Positions 56,501 to 64,000 of a stretch of DNA of 64,000 nucleotides are shown here, piece by piece. This DNA comes from Antedon mediterranea (lineage: Eukaryota > Animalia > Echinodermata): contig NC_092674.1 in assembly GCF_964355755.1 (NCBI RefSeq), positions 2,728,001-2,792,000 of the forward strand, read 5' to 3'. Position numbers and translations under genes: made by a program. Below the pieces are notes generated by a model that worked only from the letters and a program-made list of their open reading frames with translations, searched no databases and was not told the DNA's origin. Numbering within the stretch: position 1 is the first letter of the stretch; each line of letters starts with the position of its first letter.

Positions 56501-56652
56501 TTTATACTAGTAATTTGAAAATAGCTCTTTTTACCTTTAATTTTAAGTTCGGCGTTTGGATCGAGTGGATCATTTTGAGCCTCTTCCTCCATTTTTGAGG
56601 AAGGGACTGCCAAGTTAGCCTCCTCCTGGACTCCTCCCTCTGGTTTGGCCAT
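20017..56652 (-). CDS. TSC22D1: TSC22 domain family protein (bunched/TSC22D1-4 co-ortholog), long isoform, 463 aa
   Basis: Exons 56652-55868, 30412-30367 and 20577-20017 join in frame (phase 2, then phase 0). Contains motif 1 KKSYFQITSI, motif 2 SRFKVVKV..EPVHKGRWTCKDF, the TSC box [24 protein letters not shown], a leucine zipper and a Q-rich tail. The symbol is family-level only. Confidence 0.9.
23597..23671 (-). CDS. Candidate alternative first coding exon splicing directly to the terminal TSC22 exon (about 211 aa isoform)
   Basis: MKILMLWQLSKMPVESILVVCAREL, then donor CTG|GTAAGT (23597/23596) in phase 0, in frame with [8 protein letters not shown]. TATA and Inr lie just upstream. Confidence 0.55.
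23787..23821 (-). promoter_or_regulatory. Internal TSC22 promoter D (TATA + Inr) in the last intron
   Basis: TATAAG at 23820-23815 lies exactly 30 nt upstream of the A (23790) of TCAGTC, a consensus invertebrate-type initiator. Confidence 0.6.
26650..27831. mobile_element. Non-autonomous DNA transposon (Harbinger-like ends) carrying a ~550-bp internal foldback
   Basis: Ends GGTTGTGTTCGTACG and CGTACGAACGGGCCC. Internal inverted arms at about 26866-27125 and 27150-27420. GC/CpG content is higher than the flanks. Confidence 0.65.
28075..28235. mobile_element. MITE family A copy
   Basis: AGCTGTCTACATTATCAAAC...GTTTGATAGTGTAGAGAGATCT. Confidence 0.8.
29095..29382. mobile_element. MITE family A copy interrupted by a short RTE-like LINE 3' end (about 29136-29270, minus strand)
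   Basis: Intact family A TIRs. The insert reads on the minus strand ...EKESWKRLAYAMSTQDE* followed by a (GAT)n tail, typical of RTE-clade 3' ends. Confidence 0.65.
30367..30412 (-). CDS. TSC22D1: TSC22 gene shared 46-nt middle exon
   Basis: TTGCAG|T GCC GGC GCT GGA GGC GAG ATT GAC AAC AAG ATC GAA CAG GCT ATG|GTAAGT, encoding [15 protein letters not shown]. Confidence 0.93.
30367..30552 (-). CDS. Candidate alternative first exon reading directly into the shared TSC22 exon (about 248 aa isoform)
   Basis: ATG 30552 (MATANICLYNNNNNNYIPMRTPK...) stays open and in frame through the acceptor into [15 protein letters not shown]. NF-kB-like GGAAATTTCCCC at 30875 and GGAAAATTCC at 31133 lie upstream. 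This could be a chance open frame. Confidence 0.45.
31820..31958. mobile_element. MITE family A copy
   Basis: AGCTCTGTCTACACTATCAAAC...TTTGATAGTGTAGACAGAGC. Confidence 0.85.
33938..34076. mobile_element. MITE family A copy (a second, partial copy at about 33420-33544)
   Basis: Perfect 22-bp TIR AGCTCTGTCTACACTATCAAAC. Confidence 0.85.
36639..36732. repeat. 17-bp tandem repeat TTCCTGGCCATATTATA, about 5.5 copies
   Basis: Directly visible. Confidence 0.9.
38650..39136. repeat. MITE family D (pogo/Tigger-like) copy with an internal ~79-bp tandem expansion (about 5 copies)
   Basis: Repeated TGTCCCCTTAATAGGTGTCCCCTGAATAGGGGTTTGATGTAG... The same core motif is in the arrays at 43040 and 61845. 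Confidence 0.75.
39182..39318 (-). CDS. Candidate alternative first coding exon of TSC22 gene (short isoform, about 247 aa)
   Basis: ATG 39318 opens MKQKLIWPNRGKLKMPADITYYDDKTHSKVKELDQALVTVITIFS. It ends at the consensus donor AG|GTAAGT in phase 2, in frame with the shared exon. TATA and Inr lie upstream. Confidence 0.7.
39492..39642 (-). promoter_or_regulatory. Internal TSC22 promoter B (TATA + Inr + CCAAT + octamer-like)
   Basis: TATAAA at 39525-39520 lies exactly 30 nt upstream of the A (39495) of TCATTC. ATGCTAAT at 39608-39615. AGCCAATCA at 39634-39642. Confidence 0.65.
40274..40819. mobile_element. MITE family D copy containing 87-bp x3 and ~30-bp x5 tandem repeats
   Basis: Ends CAGTAGAAC...GTTCTACTG-TA. 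The 87-bp period is visible at 40304, 40391 and 40478. GGGACAC.CCTATCAAGG repeats at 40580-40730. Confidence 0.7.
41101..41380. mobile_element. Kolobok-like non-autonomous element (TTAA TSD); further copies at about 51100-51422 (partial) and 61066-61330
   Basis: TTAA-AGAT.TATTGTCCCC ... GGGAGACAATACATCT-TTAA inverted ends, with internal sequence shared among the three copies. Confidence 0.7.
42986..44616. repeat. 79-bp satellite (about 20 copies) expanded inside a family D MITE
   Basis: Unit TCCCCTCATTCATTTGATATGTGTCCCCTTAATAGGGGTGTCCCCTGAATAGAGGTTGGGCATGGTGTAAAACATATAT, with period 79 (43094, 43173, 43252...). Bounded by TA-CAGTAG... and ...CTG-TA. Confidence 0.92.
45144..47018. mobile_element. 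Three-layer nested transposons: MITE A > pogo/Tc1-like element (45210-46945) > hAT-like element (45485-46667)
   Basis: The MITE A halves lie at 45144-45207 and 46946-47018. The middle element starts TA-CCGTA...GTATAAGCCCACCC and ends GGGTGGGCTTATAC. The inner element has a perfect 14-bp TIR CAGGGATGTCACCA and direct TGTACC flanks. Confidence 0.85.
45485..46667. mobile_element. hAT-like non-autonomous element, 1183 bp, 6-bp TSD
   Basis: TGTACC|CAGGGATGTCACCA ... TGGTGACATCCCTG|TGTACC. No transposase ORF seen. Confidence 0.82.
49010..49150 (-). mobile_element. tRNA-derived SINE (tRNA-Gly(TCC)-like head); other copies at about 47600-47720 (-), 49927-50010 (+) and 63232-63360 (-)
   Basis: Minus strand reads GGAGCCGTAGCTTGGTGG (A box)...TTGCCTTCCAATCCC...GGTTCAATCC (B box). 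A shared tail (...CTAAGCCTCAAAT.AGA) is present in the 47600 and 49010 copies. No intact acceptor stem. Confidence 0.75.
49281..49466. mobile_element. Tc1/mariner(pogo)-type MITE, 186 bp, TA TSD, apparently young
   Basis: TA|CAGTCAACTCTCCCAATACCGGAC ... GTCCGGTATTGGGAGAGTTGACTG|TA, a perfect 24-bp TIR. Confidence 0.92.
52165..52436. repeat. MITE family A copy with an internal 21-bp tandem expansion (TCACTACCATATTTGTGAATA, about 8 copies)
   Basis: The family A core GATGTCATATCACTACCATATTTG is tandemly amplified at about 52184-52360. Confidence 0.85.
53420..54797. mobile_element. Non-autonomous DNA transposon, 1378 bp, with subterminal CTACGA/TCGTAG tandem motifs
   Basis: TA|CAGTACAGAAAGAAAATACTGC ... 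GCAGTAATTTCTTTCTGTACTG|TA (22-bp TIR, 1 mismatch). 21-bp repeats ACAATACATCGTAGGCTACGA at about 54574-54720. Confidence 0.82.
55868..56652 (-). CDS. TSC22D1: TSC22 gene long-isoform first coding exon (BunA/TSC22D1.1-type N-terminus)
   Basis: ORF 55843..56652 carries conserved motifs 1 and 2. The donor GG|GTATGT at 55868/55867 is phase 2, matching the shared exon. Confidence 0.9.
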
Positions 56653-57235
56653 TCTACGACCACAACACTACGACTACCTAAGCAAAACTACTCGTTTTCT
56701 CTCGACTACGATTAATTCTCCACAAAAGTAACAATCCATTGTGTTTAAATTTATTACTCCACCTCAAAAATATTCCTTGTTTTTCAATACCATTCCCTAA
56801 CCTCATAATTTAGGGTGTTTTCCAGGTCGTTTCATTTTGAATTGAAGTTCCACCATGCCCAATAAAGAAAATGGCGTATATAGACTTAATAACAGACGTG
56901 ATGTTGTCTTGTTTGCATTTACTTTACTGGCAACGGATAGAACAACGGCTGGTAAACAAAGACTAGATATTTCCAACACAGCAAAAAATATAAAAGAACA
57001 CACTGGGACTGGGAATTGTCAACGTAACACAGTGCTGATCCCTAAATGTAAGGGATCGTATTAAACTCGCAAATTAATCTTGATTTGGTTACAAAATATT
57101 AAAAACACTAATCATTCATTCACATATCAACATTTATGACTACGTCTATAAAAATTTAAGATATATTTATCGGTTGTTAGAACATGAATGTAACTTCGCG
57201 ACATAGCCTAAAGAACTGTCGGTACCCGAGAGAAG

Positions 57236-57268
57236 GGAGTGGCTTCAGGGGCTACACCCTCTTTTATG
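57236..57268 (-). promoter_or_regulatory. Possible core promoter of the long TSC22 isoform
   Basis: CATAAAAG at 57268-57261 and Inr-like CCACTCC with its A at 57240. This implies a 5' UTR of about 590 nt. Confidence 0.35.
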
Positions 57269-58444
57269 AACAAAGAAAATAAGTCAGCTCAGAACCGATT
57301 ACAGTATTTTCATTATTAAAGCTCTGATGTGGGTAGATTTTAAATAACAATATGGAAAAATATGAATTAACTTTTTTTATAATATAAACCAACCAAAGGA
57401 GCTACTGCTGGTTACCCATGCGTAATAGATGGCAGATCGGAATTATTCAAACCATAAGCCAGCACCGATCTATCACATTGTTAGTATAATACCTACCTAT
57501 TGATTTATATAATATATAATAATAAATATTGATATAATATACACATAGGCCCTTATTAATATTATAGTGTTTTAATGTTGGGGGATCCGGTAATATCGGA
57601 AAGGGCTGTGATTGGTTGGTCCACGAGTCTGGTGTCCTGTCCTCCTTTCAGTAGCTTGGAACAATAGTTACATTTATTTAATACCTTTATTTTGTATAAT
57701 TAACCTACATGGAGCTATAAATAAAGAAAAAATACCCTCTTCTTTCTATACCGTCAGATCTAGGTAAAAACCTTCTCAAATTAAACATATTATTATTTCC
57801 GGTACTAAGGATAGTTCATAGAAATTGTGTTACGTAATTTTAAAACTCTATACAGTTCTTTCGTTTTAGTAGCCACTACTACACTTCCGTCTTCACACGA
57901 TATATTTCAATTCATTAAGTTTGTGGCACCTATATAATCTTTAAGAGAATCTTCACCCATTTTGATGGCACTAAAATTAATTTACGAAGGCCTGAATTTG
58001 AAATACATTTGAAAACGGCTGGAAATTATACAATAACACAAATTAATTGAAGGAAAGGTGGTCATGTGTTTCTTGAAACCATCCAATCGGCATGCTATAA
58101 TTTCCCGAGAGCTGCGCACAATATTCTTGTCGAAAACCGCAACAATTATTGCGTACATTTTGCGTGACATGTTTTTTAAATTCATATATTCAAGACGAAA
58201 AATGTTCAGCAAGTGTAATTCATTTTTTTTTTTTAAACATGGAGGAATTTCACTTCATTTATTTGTCGCATTCCTTAGTCTAGCTATATGGAGCCGAGGA
58301 ATTATCTAGAGAATCATTTCTTCATGGTCTACTACTTGCACGTGACCGACTGGGCGGATCTATGACTTTTGGGCGTAACACATAACGCTTTCACCAAAAC
58401 ACAATGTAGTCGAAATGCTACATCAGACCGTTTTTGTTCAACAG

Positions 58445-59010
58445 ATTTGGACGAAACGAAATGGGCACACATTCAGTAACGAAATGGGCACACATACGGA
58501 AGATTCGGTAACGAAACGAGAACACATTCGGTAACGAAATGGAAGGGTTCGGTAACGAAACGTGCATACATTCGGTAACGAATCGGAAAGGTTCGGTAAC
58601 GAAACGAGCATACATTCGGTAACGAAACGGGCATACATTCGGTAACGAAAACGAGCACACATTCGGTAACGAAACGAGCACACATTCGGTGACGAAACGA
58701 GCACACATTCGGTAACGAAACGAGCACACATTCGGTAACGAAACGAGCACACATTCGGTAACGAAACGGCACACATTCGGTAACGAAACGAGCACACATT
58801 CGGTAACGAAACGGCACACAGTCGGTGACGATACGGGCACACATTCGGTAACGAAACGAGCACACATTCGGTAACGAAACGGCACACATTCGGTGACGAT
58901 ACGGGCACAAATTCGAATTCGGTAACGAAGAAAAAGACACACAGACTTTGGTAAACGGGCAGAGATCGTTGCGAAAGGAACACAAAGTCTGGAGGAAGTG
59001 AATACCGTAT
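58445..59010. repeat. 19-23-bp minisatellite (CACATTCGGTAACGAAACGAGCA), about 22 copies, probably a transposon subterminal array
   Basis: CpG-rich tandem repeat that explains three overlapping spurious ORFs (58418-59018). Confidence 0.88.
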
Positions 59011-59945
59011 ACGATCACTGAACGAGAATATTTAGTATATTTTGTGAAGAAACTTTTAATGAAGAAAACTTTGCATAACTTTATATTTGTCCATGCATAT
59101 ACAAAATTATGACGAAATAAAGACTACAAAAAAAAAATACAAACAATCAAAACGAAACATACATAATTCGTTGATTCATAAGATTTATTCTGAAAAAGAA
59201 ACAAATAATTTCGAAGTGGTGTAATGGGGTTTCAGCGAATGAGAACACATTGATTGTAGTCGATTCTCGGTACTGTATCTAAGCTTGTACAGTATTATCG
59301 TAGGCGAATTCCGTGACACGGGATGTGTTTCACATGTGATGCCTGTATCATAGACCCTCACCTTACATAACCTTTCATAATACATAAATCACATGTTGTA
59401 TGCTGTATTATGGAATTTGATATGATACTGAATAAAAATATTGTCATGTGAAGATACAGCACAAGAAGAATACTTTTATTTTTGCTAAAATGATTGCATT
59501 AATTTGTTTCCCTTCATCAATGATCTTTGTGCAAAATGAAAAATAAATTAATCTAAAAAATACATAATAATTAATACACAATAAATATCTTATATAATAA
59601 ATTACACATAATAAACATTCAACAAATAGCATTAATCTAAAATGCAACATTAAAAAAAATTGAAATAAAAAAATTAAATTCTGAAAGACAAATTTTATAT
59701 ACTGTATTCATGTATAGTAGCATGTATCACTTTATTCCACTCATTTTGTTGGAGTTTATTCACGATACATAAAACACAAAACTGCTAATAAAGTTTAGCA
59801 AAATTAGCAATTCAAAAACATAATTTTATTTCTAACAAAACTACTATTCCAATTAATAATCTCATTTATATTGAATATAATCTATAATATAATTTCTATT
59901 GTTTAAAAATTTAAACAAATATATATATAAGAATTCCTAATAAAC

Positions 59946-60127
59946 CGTGGTTCCCACTAGCGACGCAACACAAGGACGTAACGCAACTCCAGTGAATTGA
60001 CCAATCACAAGCGATGACTTATTCGCTTGTGATTGCTTACTGTCTATATAATAACTTCGCTTGCCATTGGTTAAAACGCTTGCGTTGCGTTGACGTCATT
60101 GCGTTACGTTCTAGTGGGAACCAAGCT
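59946..60127. mobile_element. MITE family C (Harbinger-like, ~180 bp), best-preserved copy
   Basis: TGGTTCCCACTAG.GACGCAAC...CGTTCTAGTGGGAACCAAGCT, with an internal palindromic CAATCACAAGCGA/TCGCTTGTGATTG. Related copies near 1613, 14500, 17584 and 18201. Confidence 0.82.
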
Positions 60128-60303
60128 TAAACCCAATCGGTTAAATTTAAAAGGTGGGATGTTAGGATTATTATGTTAGTAATAGTATTCAGTACCATTG
60201 GAATTACATAATTAATATAGTTATCAATTATTATATTCATTGCAGTTAATATTCGTATACATTAGGTGGGCCTAAGACTGTATTTGTAGTCAGCATTGTT
60301 TAA

Positions 60304-60767
60304 ACCTCAGGAAAGCAGTAGATGATTGAAGCTAGGCCATACCACCAGACCATCTATGTAGACCTCAGGAAAGCACTAGATGATTGAAGCTAGGCCATAC
60401 CACCAGACCATCTATTTAGACCTCAGGAAAGCACTAGATGATTGAAGCTAGGCCATACCACCAGACCATCTATTTAGACCTCAGGAAAGCACTAGATGAT
60501 TGAAGCTAGGCCATACCACCAGACCATCTATGTAGACCTCAGGAAAGCACTAGATGATTGAAGCTAGGCCATACCACCAGACCATCTATGTAGACCTCAG
60601 GAAAGCACTAGATGATTGAAGCTAGGCCATACCACCAGACCATCTATTTAGACCTCAGGAAAGCACTAGATGATTGAAGCTAGGCCATACCACCAGACCA
60701 TCTATGTAGACCTCAGGAAAGCACTAGATGATTGAAGCTAGGCCATACCACCAGACCATCTATGTAG
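60304..60767. repeat. 58-bp tandem repeat x8 containing the last 9 codons and stop of GCC2 plus 3' UTR
   Basis: Unit ACCTCAGGAAAGCACTAGATGATTGAAGCTAGGCCATACCACCAGACCATCTATGTAG. CCTCAGG recurs at 60305, 60363, 60421 ... 60711. Confidence 0.95.
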
Positions 60768-62737
60768 ATAACCACTCCAACCAGCAGACTCTGATACGGT
60801 GGCTTCTTCCCCTTTGAATAAACATACAGTACAATGTGATTACATTAAGAAAATAAACCTTTACTTTTTACATGAGTCAAATCATAGAGGGCGCTACAGT
60901 AATTTGATTTACACAAATCCATACTTTATTGCCAGTAATGTAAAATGCAGTTAACTTTTTTAAACCCTTTTTTATATACACTGTTAATAGCAGTGACTTC
61001 TACATTGAAACAAAATAAAATTATCTGCATTAACTGCAGTAGAAAAATGTTGAAATTATCATTAAAAATATATTGTCCTCCTGAGTTTTTGTATTTTTTA
61101 ATTGGCAAAATATTTATTACCTGGAAAACTGTAATTTATAGCAAAAAATAGTCAAATTAGCTGCCAGGTAATGTGTTTTTGGTTCAATGTAACTGTTTAC
61201 TTTGTCATTTTATAAGTGGAAACATTATTATTTTTTCTATGGAAGTGGTTAACTTTGTTAAAACTACAAAATGGCCTATAATCTCATATTATTAATCTTC
61301 ATTTTTCATGTTTTGGGGGACAATACATCTTTAACACAACGCCACCACCGTATCCCATATCATTTTTTCTTGTGCACGTTTTAGTCTTCTTACCTTCAGA
61401 CAGTGTTTGTAGAGTTTTCTTTTCATCTACACTTAGTTTCAACATTGTTGATATTACGGGTATCAGCTGACGACGTTCATCACCAACTGGTAGCGTCAAA
61501 AACTGAAAAAGAAATCAATCAATGAAATCGACCGACATCGAGCAATGAAACAAATTAATAACAATCAATCGATTAATCATAGTAAAATCAATTAAAAATG
61601 ATACAATTGTTATATTTATATAAATTGATCATAAACAATTATTACTAATCTTTATATGTAAAAAACCTCTTGGTTAGTAATTATTGAATACATTGATTAT
61701 ACAGCAGAGTGTCTTATTAGGAACACCTCTATTGAGAGGACACTTTCCTATGAAACAAACAAGGAGCAATGTATGTTTTGACACTAGAGCAGAGCAAATC
61801 CCTGGTCAGGGGACACTGTTGGTTTCCCTACTGTATGTGCACTAGATTGAGGGACACCTGTACTAGGAGATTAAAGGGACACCGAGATTAAAAGGACACC
61901 AAGATTAAAGGGACACCTCTATTAGGAGATTAAAGGGACACCTCTATTAGGAGATTAAAGGGACACCTCTCTTAGGAGATCAAAGGGATACCAAGATTAA
62001 AGGGACACCTCTATTAGGAGATTAAAGGGACATCTCTATTACGAGATCAAAGGGATACCAAGATTAAATGGACACCTCTATTAGGAGATTAAATGGACAC
62101 CTCTATTAGGAGATTAAAGGTACACCTCTATTATGAGATTAAAGGGACACCTCTATTAGGAGATTTAAAGGGACACCTTTATTAGGAAATCAAAGAGATA
62201 CCAAGATTAAAGGGACACCTCTATTAGGAGATTAAAAGGACAACTCTATTAGGAGATTAAAGGGACACCTCTATTATGAGATTAAAGGGACACCTCTATT
62301 AGGAGATTAAAGGGACACCTCTATTAGGAGATTAAAGGGACACCAAGATTAAAGGGACACCTCTATTAGGAGATTAAATGGACACCTCTATTATGAGATT
62401 AAAAGGACACCGAGATTAAATTGACACAAAGTTTAAAGGGACATCTCTATTAGGAGATTAATGGGACACTGAGATTAAAGGGACACCAAGATTAAAGGGA
62501 CACCAAGATTAAAGGGACACCAATTTTAAAGAGACACTTTTGATTTTGACACAAAGGTGTAATATGGGTTTTAATGTACAAACAATTCCTCACCTTTATG
62601 ATGATATTTTTAAGATATTCCATATTAGAAATCGCGTTTTCGCGTTGTTGATTACGTTCCAGACGTCTGATTTCTCCTTTCAACACTTTTGCTTGTTCGG
62701 TCAAACGTAAAATTGTAGCTTCATTCTCGCTTGTAAT
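60738..62737 (-). CDS. GCC2: GRIP and coiled-coil domain-containing protein 2 (GCC185), last three exons (GRIP domain); the gene continues beyond the window
   Basis: Exons 62737-62594, 61502-61394 and 60811-60738 give ITSENEATILRLTEQAKVLKGEIRRLERNQQRENAISNMEYLKNIIIKFLTLPVGDERRQLIPVISTMLKLSVDEKKTLQTLSEGEEATVSESAGWSGYLHRWSGGMA*, matching the GCC2 C-terminus (EIRRLERNQERE...NLEYLKN...GWASYLHSWSG). Confidence 0.93.
61845..62525. repeat. 25-bp/17-bp minisatellite (GAGATTAAAGGGACACCTCTATTAG) derived from MITE family D, in a GCC2 intron
   Basis: About 28 tandem units. The core GGGACACCTCTATT is the reverse complement of the family D AATAGAGGTGTCCC motif. Confidence 0.9.
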
Positions 62738-63231
62738 CTAAAAGTGAAAAGTATGTCAAATTTGTTAGTGCATGTCAAATTGTTAGATGTAGCGTGACAG
62801 GTTTTCATTCAGTCTGTTTGTCTGTCAAAGTTTATTTTGACAAACGGAGTGACTTTAAAGTAAATTATGCTAACTCCTATACAGGTAACATCATAATAAA
62901 GTTTGTCAAAGTTTATTTTGATGAATAGAGTGACTTTATTTAGTAAGTAAGTTATGGCAACATATATATGTAACATTTATTTCATAAACACAACAGGCGC
63001 AGAAAATTAATTCTAAACCACCCAGTAATATACTGAAATTTGAATAATTTGAAACAATAAAGATGATCTGTGAGAATGAGAAAGTCGCCCCATACATTTG
63101 TATATGTAACATTTATTTCATACAAATCATACACAGCGAGCAACTCTGCAATTATAAGATGGATAAACTACTGGACCAAATCACATTGGAGGTATAGAGA
63201 ATCTATTAAGAGAAACAGAAACATGAGTTAC

Positions 63232-63360
63232 AACCCTGGCACTAGGTCAGGATTGAACCCTGGCACTAGGTCAGGATTGAACCCTGGCACTAGGTCAGGA
63301 TTGAACCCTGGCACTTGGGTTTGGAAGGCAACCGTGTTACCCACCGAGCTACAGCTCCAC
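63232..63360 (-). mobile_element. tRNA-derived SINE head with a triplicated 24-bp B-box segment
   Basis: Minus strand GTGGAGCTGTAGCTCGGTGGGTAACACGGTTGCCTTCCAAACCCAAGTGCCA, then (GGGTTCAATCCTGACCTAGTGCCA) x3. Confidence 0.78.
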
Positions 63361-64000
63361 TACAATAACATACAGCTCCATAATAAAACAAACTGTTTTT
63401 GCTGTCAAATACTATTGTGTATCTACTTTTTATTTAATTTTCTAAGTAACATATTGAATGTCAATTATATTTATATTCCCAACAGAATACAAACTATCTG
63501 AAAATCAAAGATACTGTTATCAAGTTCTTTTTCATATATTTTTTCGTTTCAGCACATTATTAAGGGATAGTCTTAAAAAGTCCATAAATTAAAAAAAAAT
63601 AAAGGATCTTCTTGAAAAATTTGAAACACATTGATAAACTTCCATACAAGTTTAAACTTAAGTATGTCATGTGTGAAAACAAAAAAAATGCGAGATTTAC
63701 TATCAAATGTATCATAATTTTGCAGACAGGATTGACAGTGATTTTCGACACTGACCTTTGAACCCTGTGAATGTTTGACTGCTATTTAATTCAAAGGAGG
63801 TTGCAATTCAAATTACCTTTCACAGCTAACGATTACGCCAATAAGATATTATACACCCCGGCAATAAAGATCTATATATTAATAGTTTTTGATGTGTCTT
63901 GTGGTTAAATCTTATTAAAATTCCATGGGCCCCATTACTACTTTTATGTAAAAAATCACAATTTTTTAATGAGTCTACTAAAGGTTTTGATAAGAACATG

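Noticed and set aside
58418-59018. Three overlapping ORFs of 174-181 aa
   Set aside because: They come from a tandem repeat lacking stops on the minus strand; the same peptides cycle among frames.
63290-63360. Possible tRNA-Gly gene (also at 49080-49150 and 49927-50000)
   Set aside because: A and B boxes are present but the acceptor stem does not pair. The copies are diverged and dispersed, and two share a non-tRNA tail, so they are SINEs.

Overview
AT-rich, intron-containing animal genomic DNA, probably an invertebrate deuterostome such as an echinoderm (inference from gene structure and repeat style). It is not prokaryotic. Five conserved spliced genes were reconstructed by hand: the 3' part of SPRYD7 (+, 198-1993); complete PCID2 (-, 12 coding exons, 397 aa, with one U12-type minor intron); SERP1/RAMP4 family (+, 64 aa, head-to-head with PCID2); a TSC22-domain/bunched gene (-, 20017-56652); and the last three exons of GCC2/GCC185 (-). 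The TSC22 gene has a long growth-type first exon and at least two more candidate internal TATA+Inr promoters with in-frame first exons. The rest is dense with non-autonomous DNA transposons (Harbinger-like, Tc1/mariner/pogo-like, Kolobok-like and hAT-like with a 6-bp TSD), tRNA-derived SINEs, LINE fragments and minisatellites, many of which grew from transposon or gene sequence. The most notable signals are TA-C(A/T)G-TA excision scars that can be shown by comparing repeat copies, tandem amplification of splice acceptors and stop codons, the multi-promoter TSC22 locus, a UPRE in the PCID2/SERP bidirectional promoter, and SERP-TSC22 tail-to-tail microsynteny like that in vertebrates.
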